Assembly: GCA_964016885.1 (NCBI GenBank)
Contig: OZ024740.1
Coordinates: 144,460,001 to 144,524,000, forward strand
Direction of reading: 5' to 3'
Source of the DNA: Eledone cirrhosa
Taxonomy: Eukaryota
Length of the DNA stretch: 64,000 nucleotides
Below, piece by piece: positions 13,226 to 24,412 of this stretch (position 1 is the stretch's first letter; every line of letters starts with the position of its first letter). The notes under the pieces are model-generated. The model did not search any database and was not told the DNA's origin. It worked only from the letters and a program-made list of their open reading frames with translations. The position numbers were made by a program, and so were the translations under genes.

Positions 13226-13529
13226 ACAGCTGCATTTATCTTGCTTTATGTTCATACGAGTTATCACCAAGTCACAACCAGTGACCTCAAGAGACAACAA
13301 GGTCCGCCATGTTCAAGAAAGAACATACATACTCACACATGCATCTTTAGTGTTTAGACTTGTGATGTACTTATATTGACAGAATCTTCCTTAGTATATG
13401 GGCAGTTCCCATTAGTACTATCTTTTGTATTTCTCCTATACGCGGGTTTCCTGGGATTTGCGATAAGTAATCATTAGACCCCTTAGGTATCATTCCTAGA
13501 GCACCTACAACCACTGGTATTGTTTTAGT
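13226..13529 (-). mobile_element. R4/Dong-like RLE LINE, short 3' fragment in (TAA)n
   Basis: Near-identical to the 3' end of 38387-39780; (TTA)n on both flanks. Confidence 0.9.
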
Positions 13530-13582
<53 letters not shown>

Positions 13583-13800
13583 GGGCGGTGGATTGGCAGT
13601 ATCGGTAGAGGGTCGGATGCCATGCTTTGCAGCAAAGAGTTACACCGCTTTATGATCTGAGTTCAAATCCCGCCGAGGTTAACTTTGCCTTTCATCCTTA
13701 CGGGGTCGATAAAATAAAGTACCAGTCACGTACTTTCCCCTCCCCTTGAAATTGCTGGCCTTGTGCCTATAGTAGAAATTAATATTATTATTATCATTAT
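13583..13800 (+). mobile_element. tRNA-derived SINE ((ATT)n-tailed family)
   Basis: A-box TGGCAGTATCGG, B-box GAGTTCAAATCC, core GCCTTTCATCCTTACGGGGTCGATAAAAT, ATT tail. Confidence 0.9.
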
Positions 13801-13829
13801 TATTTTTATCATTCTAGTTCAACAACAAA

Positions 13830-15385
13830 TGATGAAAAGTTTCTCAGATTCTCTTTATTTGCTTATGCTTCCAGAAGATTCCTTAGAATCTGAATTGTTC
13901 CTAATATTGCAATCTCCTGAAGAAGTTCTGACAGCTCACAATTCCAAATTTCACAATCCATGTTCTTATTTTAGTTATCATCCGTAAGGCACCCACTGCT
14001 ACTAGTATGGCTTCAACCATTTTGTAGGTCTCTCTTTTTAGATTTTGAGAGTGCTCAATCTTTTCTTTTTCCTTCTCACATAATCTGTTATCCCCTGTTA
14101 TCCCATGATAAAACATGAATTATCCAGCATAGTCTTTTTTCTTTTTTCAATGATAACAATATCAGGTTTTTTTCTCATGTATTTCATGATCACATAAGAT
14201 ATTGAAGTCCCAAAGTGGGTTCATTTTTTTCTGATTCTATCACTGGCTCACACTGATGTTTCTACTACTGTTCTACTCAGCTATGTTTCTCTCATAACTC
14301 CAGTTTACTGTATTCATTTACAATGTGGCTGGCAGTTTCTTTTTTCATTCAACATTGTAGGCACTGGCAAGGTTGTGTGATTAGGAATTTGCTTCACAGT
14401 CAGAAGGTTCTGGGTTTAGCCCCACTGCGTAGCACCTCAGGTTGACCAATGTCTTGAGGGTGGAATTTGGTAGATGGAAATGGCAGAAGCCTATTGTTGT
14501 GTCTAGAACCCAGTTTATATTTGTATTTGTGTTTGTGTCTTAAAACTCAGCAGTTTCACAGAAGAGGTTGATAAAATAAATATCAGATTTTTAAAATAAG
14601 TAACGGAGTTGATATGATCAACTAAATCAAAGCAGTGTCCCAGCACGGTCATAGTCTAATGACTGAAACAAGAAAATAAAACAATAGTTTATACAATAGT
14701 GACTCAACAGTTTTGTTGGTATTATATTTCACATAATTAGTTCTTGTGCTGCACATATTATGGCTTTAGTCTCAACTTTAAGACACAATCTTCCTTCACA
14801 TCTATTCCATTAATGTTTGCATATCTACCCAACTTTCCATGCATTAATTTATCCATCTATTTTTTCTCACTCTCTTCTACTATTCTTTTATATAATCATT
14901 AATTTTAATGCAACTTTCAATCTATAAAGTTCCATACTGTTATATTCCTACCTGCTATCATTCAACTCTGTTCTTTATGTACCATCCAAGATTATTTTTC
15001 TCACTTTTTATGCAGTTTTTGTAGATTATCAAATCTCTTCCACCTCTGATTCTGAAGAGATAAATTCTATCAACATTTCTTTTTGGTCATTGTCTTTCAT
15101 AATTTAGTATCCATCCACCTAATCTATTCTTTGCTCCATTTAATAACTCCAGCTCCATATCTTATTGAAACTGCCCATATGTTTATTTCTATAATTATGA
15201 GTATTTTTCCCATTTAATTTGTTTTTTTTAGGGCCAGCTTCAACCTTCTAAAATATTCTTTTTTAACTGCCCTTTTGATTTGATTTTCATTGATCTTATC
15301 TGTTTACACTATGCCTAGATGTTTGTTTCCCCTGTCTTCTATGTCTTTCATCACTTGCCTTTTTTGTAGCATTATCCCATCTGTA
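13830..15385 (-). mobile_element. Heavily decayed RLE-type LINE of a different family, interrupted by an old SINE
   Basis: Minus-strand remnants VEAILVAVGAL, ...KHLG and PDI-like segments in the expected order. Confidence 0.6.
14365..14682 (+). mobile_element. Old tRNA-derived SINE
   Basis: Decayed A/B boxes, GGAATTTGGTAGATGGAAA body, ATGACTGAAACAAGAAAATAAAA tail. Confidence 0.55.
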
Positions 15386-15451
15386 GGAGGGTTGACACCC
15401 TGTGTGACAGTTTTAGCTTTGTATTTCTAGATCTCTGGGTTTCAAATTTCA

Positions 15452-15567
15452 GTTCTTCTTCTTCTTCTTCTTCTTCTTCTTCTTCTTCTTCTTCTTCTTC
15501 TTCTTCTTCTTCTTCTTCTTCTTCTTCTTCTTCTTCTTCTTCTTCTTCTTGCTGTTGTTGTTGTTGT
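15452..15567. repeat. (CTT)n followed by (GTT)n microsatellite
   Basis: Seen directly. Confidence 0.95.
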
Positions 15568-15579
15568 TTTTATTATTAC

Positions 15580-16817
15580 TTTTTCATTTTTCTTGCTTTA
15601 TCACCAAGTCACAACCAGTGACCTCAAGAGACAACAAGGTCTGCCATGTTCAAGAAAAAAACACATACACACACACATGTATCTTTAGGTGTTTACACTT
15701 CTGATGTATTTATATTGACAGGCTCTTCCTTAGTACTATCTTTTGTATTTCTTCTATATGCGAGTTTCCTGGGATTTGCGATAAGTAATCGTTAGACCCC
15801 TTAGGTATCATTTCTAGAGCACCAACAACCACTAGTATTGTTTTAGCTCTCAGCTTCCATATTTTTCCAATCTCTATTTCCAGGTCTTTATATTTGCTCA
15901 ATTTTTCAAATGTTTTTATAGATACATTCTTGTCTATAGGAATGGGAATGTCAATTAGCAGGCATACCCTCTTTTTAAAGTCCTTCAGTATTTTATCAGG
16001 TCTATTTGCATTTATTTTTCGGTCTGTTTAGACGCTATGGTCTCTGGTTGTTTTTTACATACACAGCATAATGGGTTGCTTCCATTTTTTCTGATGTTGA
16101 CTTGATAATTTTTTGTCTTGTGCTGATATAATCAGTCTTTCAGTCTCCGATTTCAGTCCAGAGGATGCCAACCACTGATGGGTTAAAGTTTTGTCAGCAT
16201 CAGGATTATTAGCTCTTTCTGGGTATTTTCCATACAGAGGCTTTTCTTGCCATTTCTTAGCCAGTTTCTTTAGTAGTCCTTTCTTTGTCATTACTTTTAC
16301 CTGCTTTGCTTTTTCTGTGTTTTTCATTTCAGCAGTAAAGGGAACTTCTGAAATTTGTAGTTCATTATTGTATCTAGATGCATTTTTTGTAATGGAGTAT
16401 GATCTATTGTTGCTTTCTTGTTTCAAAACGAGTTTGATCATCCAATCATGTGCTTAGATATGTAGATAATCCAATTGTTGCAGTTTTCAAAGAAATATCC
16501 AACTGGATTAATCCACATCCTCCTTCTTTCCTCGAGAGATATATTCTATCTGTATCTGCCTTAGGGTGATGCATTCTGTGCATAGTTAAGAATTTTCTAA
16601 TTTTCGTGTCGAGTTTACGGATCTCTGTGCTTGACCAGTTGATGACATTGTAACTGTAGGTTACTACTGGTATGGCAACTGTGTTCATGGCATCGATCCT
16701 ATTCCTTGCATTCAATTCCGTTATTAAAATTGCTCTTACTCTGCGGTAACATTCCTTCCTTATCCTTTCCTTCATTGCCACGTGCTTGATTCCATCTCCT
16801 TCACAAACACCTAGATA
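15580..16817 (-). mobile_element. R4/Dong-like RLE LINE, older copy with internal deletions
   Basis: Broken ORFs 16446-16781, 16055-16441 and 15710-15901 match the 38403-39635 protein; TTA-rich flanks. Confidence 0.9.
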
Positions 16818-16838
16818 TTATTATTATAATTATTATTG

Positions 16839-16888
<50 letters not shown>

Positions 16889-16890
<2 letters not shown>

Positions 16891-17862
16891 AGCTGCATTT
16901 ATCTTGCTTTATGTTCATACGAGTTATCACCAAGTCACAACCAGTGACCTCAAGAGACAACAAGGTCCGCCATGTTCAAGAAAGAACATACATACTCACA
17001 CATGCATCTTTAGGTGTTTAGACTTGTGATGTACCTATATTGACAGAATCTTCCTTAGTATATGGGCAGTTCCCATTAGTACTATCTTTTGTATTTCTCC
17101 TATACGCGGGTTTCCTGGGATTTGCGATAAGTAATCATTAGACCCCTTAGGTATCATTCCTAGAGCACCTACAACCACTGGTATTGTTTTAGTTCTCAAT
17201 TTCCACATTTTTCCAAATTCTATCTCCAGGTCCTTATACTTGCTCAATTTTTCAAATGTTTTTATAGATACATTCTTGTCTATTGGAACGGACATATCAA
17301 TTAGCAGGCATACCCTCTTTTTAAAATCCTTCAATATTATATCAGGTCTATTTGCATCTATTTTTCGGTCTGTTTGGATGTTAAAGTTCCACAAGATTGA
17401 GATGTGATCTTTTTCAAGTATGGGAGGTGGTTGATGCTCCCACCAATTCTTTTGATGGGGCAGGTCAAAATGCTTACACATTATCCAATGTATGTATTGT
17501 GCAGCTCTGTCATGCCTGTTTAGGTATTCGGTTGGAGCTATAGGACTGCACATTGAAATTATATGGTCAATGGTCTCTGGTTGTTTTTTGCATACACGGC
17601 ATAATGGGCTGCATCCATTTTTTATTATGTTGGCTTGGTAATTTTTTGTTGGCAGACACTGATCTTGTGCTGATATAATCAGTCCTTCAGTCTCCGATTT
17701 CAGTCCAGAGGATGCCAACCACTGATGGGTTAAAGTTTTGTCAACATCAGGATTGTTAGCTCGCTCTGGGTATTTTCCATACAGAGGCTTTTCTTGCCAT
17801 TTCTTAGCCAGTTTCTGTAGCAGTTCTTTCTTTGCAGTTACTTTTACCTCCTTTGCTTTTTC

Positions 17863-17863
<1 letters not shown>
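16889..17863 (-). mobile_element. R4/Dong-like RLE LINE, young 5'-truncated copy in (TAA)n
   Basis: CRVC-x7-H-x4-C knuckle, RHD, RPDII, IDMSVP, EKLSKY; long (TTA)n on both sides. Confidence 0.93.
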
Positions 17864-17920
<57 letters not shown>

Positions 17921-17921
17921 T

Positions 17922-18039
17922 TGAGGTTGACTTTGCCTTTCATCCTTACGGGGTCGATAAAATAAAGTACCGGTAATGTACTGGGATAATTGCTGGCCTT
18001 GTGCCAAATGTAGAAACAATTATTATTATTATTATTATT
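17922..18039 (+). mobile_element. 5'-truncated ATT-tailed SINE
   Basis: Core and tail match 18909-19101. Confidence 0.85.
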
Positions 18040-18044
18040 GCTTT

Positions 18045-18540
18045 CAGTTTCTTGTTCTCATCTTGTATAACCAGGTCCAAACTATGGTCCTGAGGTTATT
18101 ATACAGGATATATGATGCTACTTTGAGGACACCACTTGCTGTAGTATATTTTCTGTTCCTAGGATGTTTTTTTTTTATTAGTTCAAGTTCATGTAAGATG
18201 GTATTTCCTGGGATCTTGTTAGTGAATTTTTCCAGTTTCTTTTTAATTAACCTAAATCCTGATCACTATTGGTGGTCGTGTCCCACATTCTGGAGATTTT
18301 AATCCAAGAACTTAACTGATATGTTACAGTCTGCTGGCATTGCATATCAATCAGCATACAGGTTTTATCCTTTGTGTTTTTAATTATGATATCTGGCCAG
18401 TTTTCTGTGATTTCCTTATCTGTCTGCATTGGCATGTCCCATAGGATGGTTACATTATCAGTCCGGGCAACTGTTTCTCGTTTGTGGTCATACCATTTTT
18501 CAGGGGCTTTGGTGTTATACACCATGCTTGTGGCAAAGGA
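18045..18540 (-). mobile_element. Decayed RLE-LINE 3' fragment (diverged family)
   Basis: KWYDHK..ILWDMPMQTDKEI..PDIIIK..CMLIDM aligns with the RLE domain of 38403-39635. Confidence 0.75.
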
Positions 18541-18542
18541 TA

Positions 18543-18580
18543 TGTTGTTGTTGTTGTTGTTGTTGCTGTTGTTGTTGTTG

Positions 18581-18628
<48 letters not shown>
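18543..18628. repeat. (GTT)n(GCT)n microsatellite
   Basis: Seen directly. Confidence 0.95.
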
Positions 18629-18908
18629 TAATAATATGGTGGATTAGCAGAATAGTTAAAGTATCAGATAAAACACTTTGCAGTATTTCGTTATAGCTCT
18701 TTGTGTTTTAAGTTTAAATGTCACTTTCATCTTTCATCTTAAGTCTTAAGTTTAAATGTTACTTGCTTTTCATCTTTCTGAGGTCAATAAAATAAGATAC
18801 CAGTGATGTGTTGGAGCCAATTTAATTGATTAACCTTTCACACCAGATTCCTGGTCTTGTGCCTATGTTAGAAATTATCATTGTTAATGGATATAAGAAA
18901 CCATTATC

Positions 18909-19101
18909 GGTGGATTGGCAGTATCGGTAGAGGGTCGGACGCCATGCTTTCCAGCATAGTTACGTCCCTTTACGATCTGAGTTCAAATCCCGCCGAGGTT
19001 GACTTTGCCTTTCATCCTTACGGGGTCGATAAAATAAAGTACCAGTAATGTACTGGGTAATTGCTGGCCTTGTGCCAAAAGTAGAAACAATTATTATTAT
19101 T
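18909..19101 (+). mobile_element. Full-length young tRNA-derived SINE ((ATT)n tail)
   Basis: A/B boxes, conserved core, GTAGAAACAATTATTATT end; near-identical to 39791-39973 and 58568-58751. Confidence 0.92.
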
Positions 19102-19758
19102 TGGTGAAGAGACCTGATTTCATGAAGCTGATTCGAAGAAAGACATGAATTTCACCATTTGTTCCTCACCCTGTAAACACAAAAATTTATGGCTGTTTGA
19201 AAATATCATCATTATTATTATTGTTGCTATTGAACTTGAGTTTTGGAATTTGTATGTATATTTATATGTATGTACATGTGTATGTATGCATATATGTATT
19301 TATATATATATTGTATTTATTTATAAAAATATATCATATATATATATGTGTGTGTGTGAGAGAGAGAGCACATATGTGTGTGTGTGAGTATATATGTATA
19401 AACATACATACATGCATATATATTTAAAAAATATAAAAATATATATACAAATAATGAATCAAAACATATCAAATATGTTTAGAATTTTGTGTTTCTCAAT
19501 AAGCAAGCTCAATAGACATTATCTAGAGCCATAATAAACAAATGAAAAAGATATATGTATATATAGATTCCACCTGTGTACATATTTTTCTATAGAATAT
19601 GTATTTGGTATATATACAATATACTGTGTTTCTTATACGATATATGGCTCTTTCTCTCTCTCTCTCTCTATATATATATATACATATATCTTTTTCATTT
19701 GATTAAATATATATATATGTATCTATGTTTATGTTTAAATATATGTTTTCTCTGACTT

Positions 19759-19813
<55 letters not shown>

Positions 19814-20027
19814 AATATAAATTATCGAGAATCGTATTTCAGCCTATGAAATAACGAAAAACAACCTCCGAGATGTGTGGCAAGTGCTCAATGGTTCAGA
19901 AGAACCAGAGCTACAACATACGTTAAAGGCCAAACACACTGAGACGATGGTTAAATAATCATCCACACAGCCAAAAAAAACGATCAAGTAATTCGGGTCA
20001 AACAAATAAAAATATATGTGATTGAAA

Positions 20028-20117
20028 TCATAAAACTGAGAAAATCTTTAGTGTTAAAGTTATTAGGTATATCATTAATAAGATATCAATTTTCATAGTC
20101 AAGGAAGTAAAAACAAT

Positions 20118-20183
<66 letters not shown>

Positions 20184-22707
20184 CCAAAAAGCAGGCTTGG
20201 AAAGTATGGCGGGATGGGGGAAGTAGAGAAGACTATCAAGTGGCCAGGAGGGAAGCTAGGAGACAAGTGTACTTAGCAAGAAGGGAAGCAGAGGAAAGAA
20301 AGTTCAAGCATGTTCTACAACGCGAGGACCAAAAACGTGAGGTGTTCAGGATTGCTAGGCAATGCGTCAAGGAAAACCGTGATATTGTCGGGGAGAAGTG
20401 TGTACTAAACGATGATGGCACACTTGCCATAACCGACGCTGATAAGAAGGTAGCTTGGAAGTGTCACTATGAAAGGCTACTAAATGAGGAGAATAAATGG
20501 GAGAAAGACAGTCTCCCCCATATCGACCCAATAGAGGGACCAGCAGTGTTAGTCGAGGGGAGTATAATAAGTAAGGCAATCAAGGATATGAAGACGGGTA
20601 AGGCGGCTGGGCCTTCGGAAATAGTTGCTGAGATGCTGAAGGCATCTGGCATGGTGGGACACACCATGGTCACCCGCATAGTTAACCAAGTCGTACAGAA
20701 TGGGGTTGTTCCGAAGGACTGGCATAGCAGCATCATCGTTAACTGTTATAAGGGTAAAGGAGACGCCCTAGATAGGAGTAACTATAGAGGCATTAAATTA
20801 ATCGACCAGGTCATGAAGGTCACGGAAAAAGTAATAACGCAACTAATCAGAGAGAGAATTGACCTAGATGAAATGCAGTTCGGGTTTGTGTCAGGCAAAA
20901 GTACCACAGACGCTCTTTTCATTGTACGACAACTACAGGAGAAGTACCTAGCTAAAGGTAAACCCCTCTACTTAGCTTTTGTCGACTTGGAGAAAGCCTT
21001 CGACAGAGTCCCCCGCTCCATTATCTGGTGGGCTCTTAGAAAACTAGGCGTTGACGAATGGCTTGTGAGGGCTATACAAGCCATGTATAAAGAAACAGTC
21101 AGCAAGGTTAGAATTAACAACGAATATAGTGAAGAGTTTAGCGTAAAAGTTGGCGTCCATCAGGGCTCTGTTCTCAGCCCCCTACTATTTATTATTGCCC
21201 TTCAGGCTATAACAGAGGAGTTCAAGACCGGCTGCCCATGGGAACTCCTATACGCAGACGACCTGACACTCATAGCGGAATCAATGGCCGAGCTAGAGAA
21301 GAAATTCTAAACATGGAAGCACGGCCTAGAGTCAAAAGGACTTAAAATTAACCTGGCTAAGACTAAAGTTCTAGTTTGTAGGAAAGAAAACAAGGCGGCG
21401 GTCCCTTCTGGGAAATGGTCGTGCTCGGTGTGTAGGAAAGGCGTAGGTAGAAACTCCATTTTATGTCCTAAATGCAAAGTATGGGTGCATAAAAGATGTA
21501 GTGGGATCACAGGTAAGCTAACTAAGAACATAGATTTTACATGTGGCCGGTGCTCTGGTGCAATAAGTAGCAGCAAGTGCCCACAAATACTAGCTCTTTC
21601 AATTGCGCAGAGGGTTCTATAGAAATAGTGGACAGCTTCCGTTACCTGGGCGATAAAATCAGCAGTGGGGGAGGGTGCTCTGAAAGTACAGTAGCTAGAG
21701 TCAGAACTGGTTGGAAAAAGTTCAGAGAGCTTATACCACTATTAGCTGCTAAAGGGTTCTCCCTAAAAATGAAAGGCAGGTTGTACGATGCCTGCATACG
21801 AACAACAATGTTGCATGGCAGTGAGACCTGGGCATTGTGTGCAGAGGATATACGCAGACTAGAGAGGAACGAAGCTTGCATGCTCCGCTGGATGTGTAAC
21901 AGTAATATACGTGAACGGCAAAGCATAAACGAACTAAGGAAAAAATTAGAGATAAGAGGGATTAGATGTTGTTTACTCGAGAGAAGGCTACGTTGGTATG
22001 GACACGTGATGCGCATGAAAGTCGATAGCTGTATAACAAAGTGCAGGGCAATAAAGATAGACGGTAGCCACGGAATAGGCAGACCTAGAAAAACCTGGGA
22101 CGAGCTGATAAACTCCGACCTCACACACTTACACCTCTCCAAGACAATGTCACTGGACCGAGACCTTTGGCGGTACTCAGTAACAGAGAAGACCCGCCTT
22201 ACCTAAATACATAGTAAAACCTACCCCAGCCAGTAGGCATCTCTAACAAAATACACCCCGTCCCACCCCCCCACCCCCACCCCATCCACACCACCCCGTT
22301 CTATGTAAAGTTATGTTGGTGCCGCGCCATCCAGGCCGAAACAAATGAGATCGTGTAGGTGTCACGACAAAAAAACACACAGTCCACGCTGTAATGTGGC
22401 CGTGTAGGCAACACGGTAAAAACCTCCCAGACCCACACTGTAAATGTGGTTGGTGTTAGGAAGGGCATCCAACTGTAGAAAACCTGCCAGACAGTCCTAT
22501 GCGAGCAAGACAATCACTCTTGCCTCAAGTGGGACTACCCCCGTCCAAACCCATGCAAGCGTGGAACACGGACGTTAAACGTTGATGATGATGATGATGA
22601 TGATATATATATATATAATTGTTTTTACTTCCTTGACTATGAAAATTGATATCTTATTAATGATATACCTAATAACTTTAAAACTAAAGATTTTCTCAGT
22701 TTTATGA
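20028..22707. repeat. 91-bp inverted repeat arms (20028-20118 / 22617-22707) enclosing (TA)n and an RTE copy
   Basis: The arms are reverse complements with one mismatch seen. Confidence 0.92.
20181..22604 (+). mobile_element. RTE LINE young copy B, 5'-truncated, with a premature stop (21308) and a 1-nt frameshift (~21587)
   Basis: ORFs 20240-21310, 21428-21622 and 21577-22206 reconstruct the same RT-PHD protein; (TA)n on both flanks. Confidence 0.95.
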
Positions 22708-24102
22708 CCCAACTGTTAGTAGTTACATTCATATTTGGTACTGGAATTTGATCAGAAATTGTTCTTGTTTTTAATATTGGTGACTTGTTCAATAGAGTGT
22801 ATCTAATGTTTTTTGGTGGGAAGCTCAAATGGCTTAATCTCTCTGCTATAACCATGACTGTCAAGGATAAAAAGAAGAAAAAGCCACATATTCCTTGTGT
22901 TAGTGCATTCTTGAATTTTAATTTTCTGTTTTTCATTTTCTTCTTTCTTCTTTCTTTATTTTATTTCATGCTAATACTATTTGGGAGTGAATATATTTTG
23001 AAGTTCAAAGTACCTAATTTTTCCATCTTCATGGTGAGAGAAGTGATAATGATTATACTGATTATAGTAATGATAATGTTGTATTTGATGGTGAGGGTAT
23101 TGATCAGAAGAATAAAGACAAATCAAAGATAGAAAATTCTCTAGAAAACCTGCTAAACAAAGGAGTTGAGAGGACTCTTGAACTGTGTGAAAGTCATGTC
23201 AATTCTCCTAGGGCTGATGCCACAATAAGATGCACTCAGTAAAGTGTGGGAATGTATGCAGGTCCCTGACCCACCTGAGAGGTCAGTAGCTCTGCTTGAG
23301 TCCTGAGTCAGTCTATGAAGACCTATCTAACTCCTGTTAGCAAGGAAGATGGACATTAAATAATGATGATGATGATGATAGCGATAATAATAATGGAGGT
23401 GGTGGTGGTGGTGGTGGTGGTGAAAATATCAATGACAACAACTGTAACACCAAACAGCTCAATAGGAATGGTGATGAGATGGAAGACAAGGTAGAAAGAG
23501 AAGAGAAAGCAAAGATGCTCAGATAGAGTAATGACTACAACAAAGCTGATAGAAACAAATATTATTATGACATTGAAAGGCTGGAGAGATGACCCATGAC
23601 AATAAAATGCCAGACTGCTTTATTGCAAATAGTTTGGTAGTTTATTACTCTGTGTTAAAAACCTAATTATGTAAACTTTGCCTTTTATCCCTGAAAAATG
23701 TCAACAAAATAATTATTCTGTAATATACTGGAGTATATTCAGTCTAGTATAGACCTTCTTCTATAAAATCAGCCTTGTGTCAGAGCAACAGAAACCAGTG
23801 ATAATAATTATTTCTACTTTTGGCACAAGGCCAGCAATTACCCAGTGCATTACTGGTCAGTGATAATAATATTAACAAATGACCGGTGATGTAGAGTAAG
23901 GTAAGGTCTTAGTGAGTTGAATACATGACATGGCTTTTATTTTCAGTTGTAGACAATTCATTCTATTTCCTCATTGTTAATGTCCATGAGTCAAATATAA
24001 ACATTACGCAATTTCCTTCTTTTTCCTCCTATAAATTTGTGACCTTGTGCCTAAGTAAGAAATCAAGGGTGATGAAGTGACAGAATATTTATATACACAC
24101 AC

Positions 24103-24216
<114 letters not shown>

Positions 24217-24276
24217 ATAATAATTATGAAGGCTAAAATCTGAAAAGGGTTCGATAAGGATTATATATATAATACT

Positions 24277-24330
24277 GAGTTTCAGAAGATCCCGTAAAAG
24301 GGTGAAAGCAGCGATTCTTTGCTTAAACTT
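24277..24330 (+). ncRNA. Type I hammerhead-ribozyme-like fold with a variant core
   Basis: Stem I GAGTTT/AAACTT, core CAGAAGA (consensus CTGANGA), stem II CCC-GTAAAA-GGG, GAAA, stem III AGCA/TGCT, cleavage triplet CTT. Confidence 0.55.
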
Positions 24331-24357
24331 TAATCTGTACAAATAATAAATAAATAA

Positions 24358-24402
<45 letters not shown>

Positions 24403-24412
24403 TATAAATATT

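Noticed and set aside
17864-17943. N-terminal MKGKVNLK-poly-I extension of the 302-aa ORF
   Set aside because: Chance read-through from an antisense SINE and (TAA)n into the truncated LINE.
18909-18990. tRNA-like A/B boxes
   Set aside because: These are SINE heads: multicopy, fused to a core and tail, with no complete cloverleaf seen.
23018-23242. Stop-free acidic frame (…DQKNKDKSKIENSLENLL…)
   Set aside because: No start codon or convincing splice sites, and it is embedded in GAT-rich low-complexity DNA.
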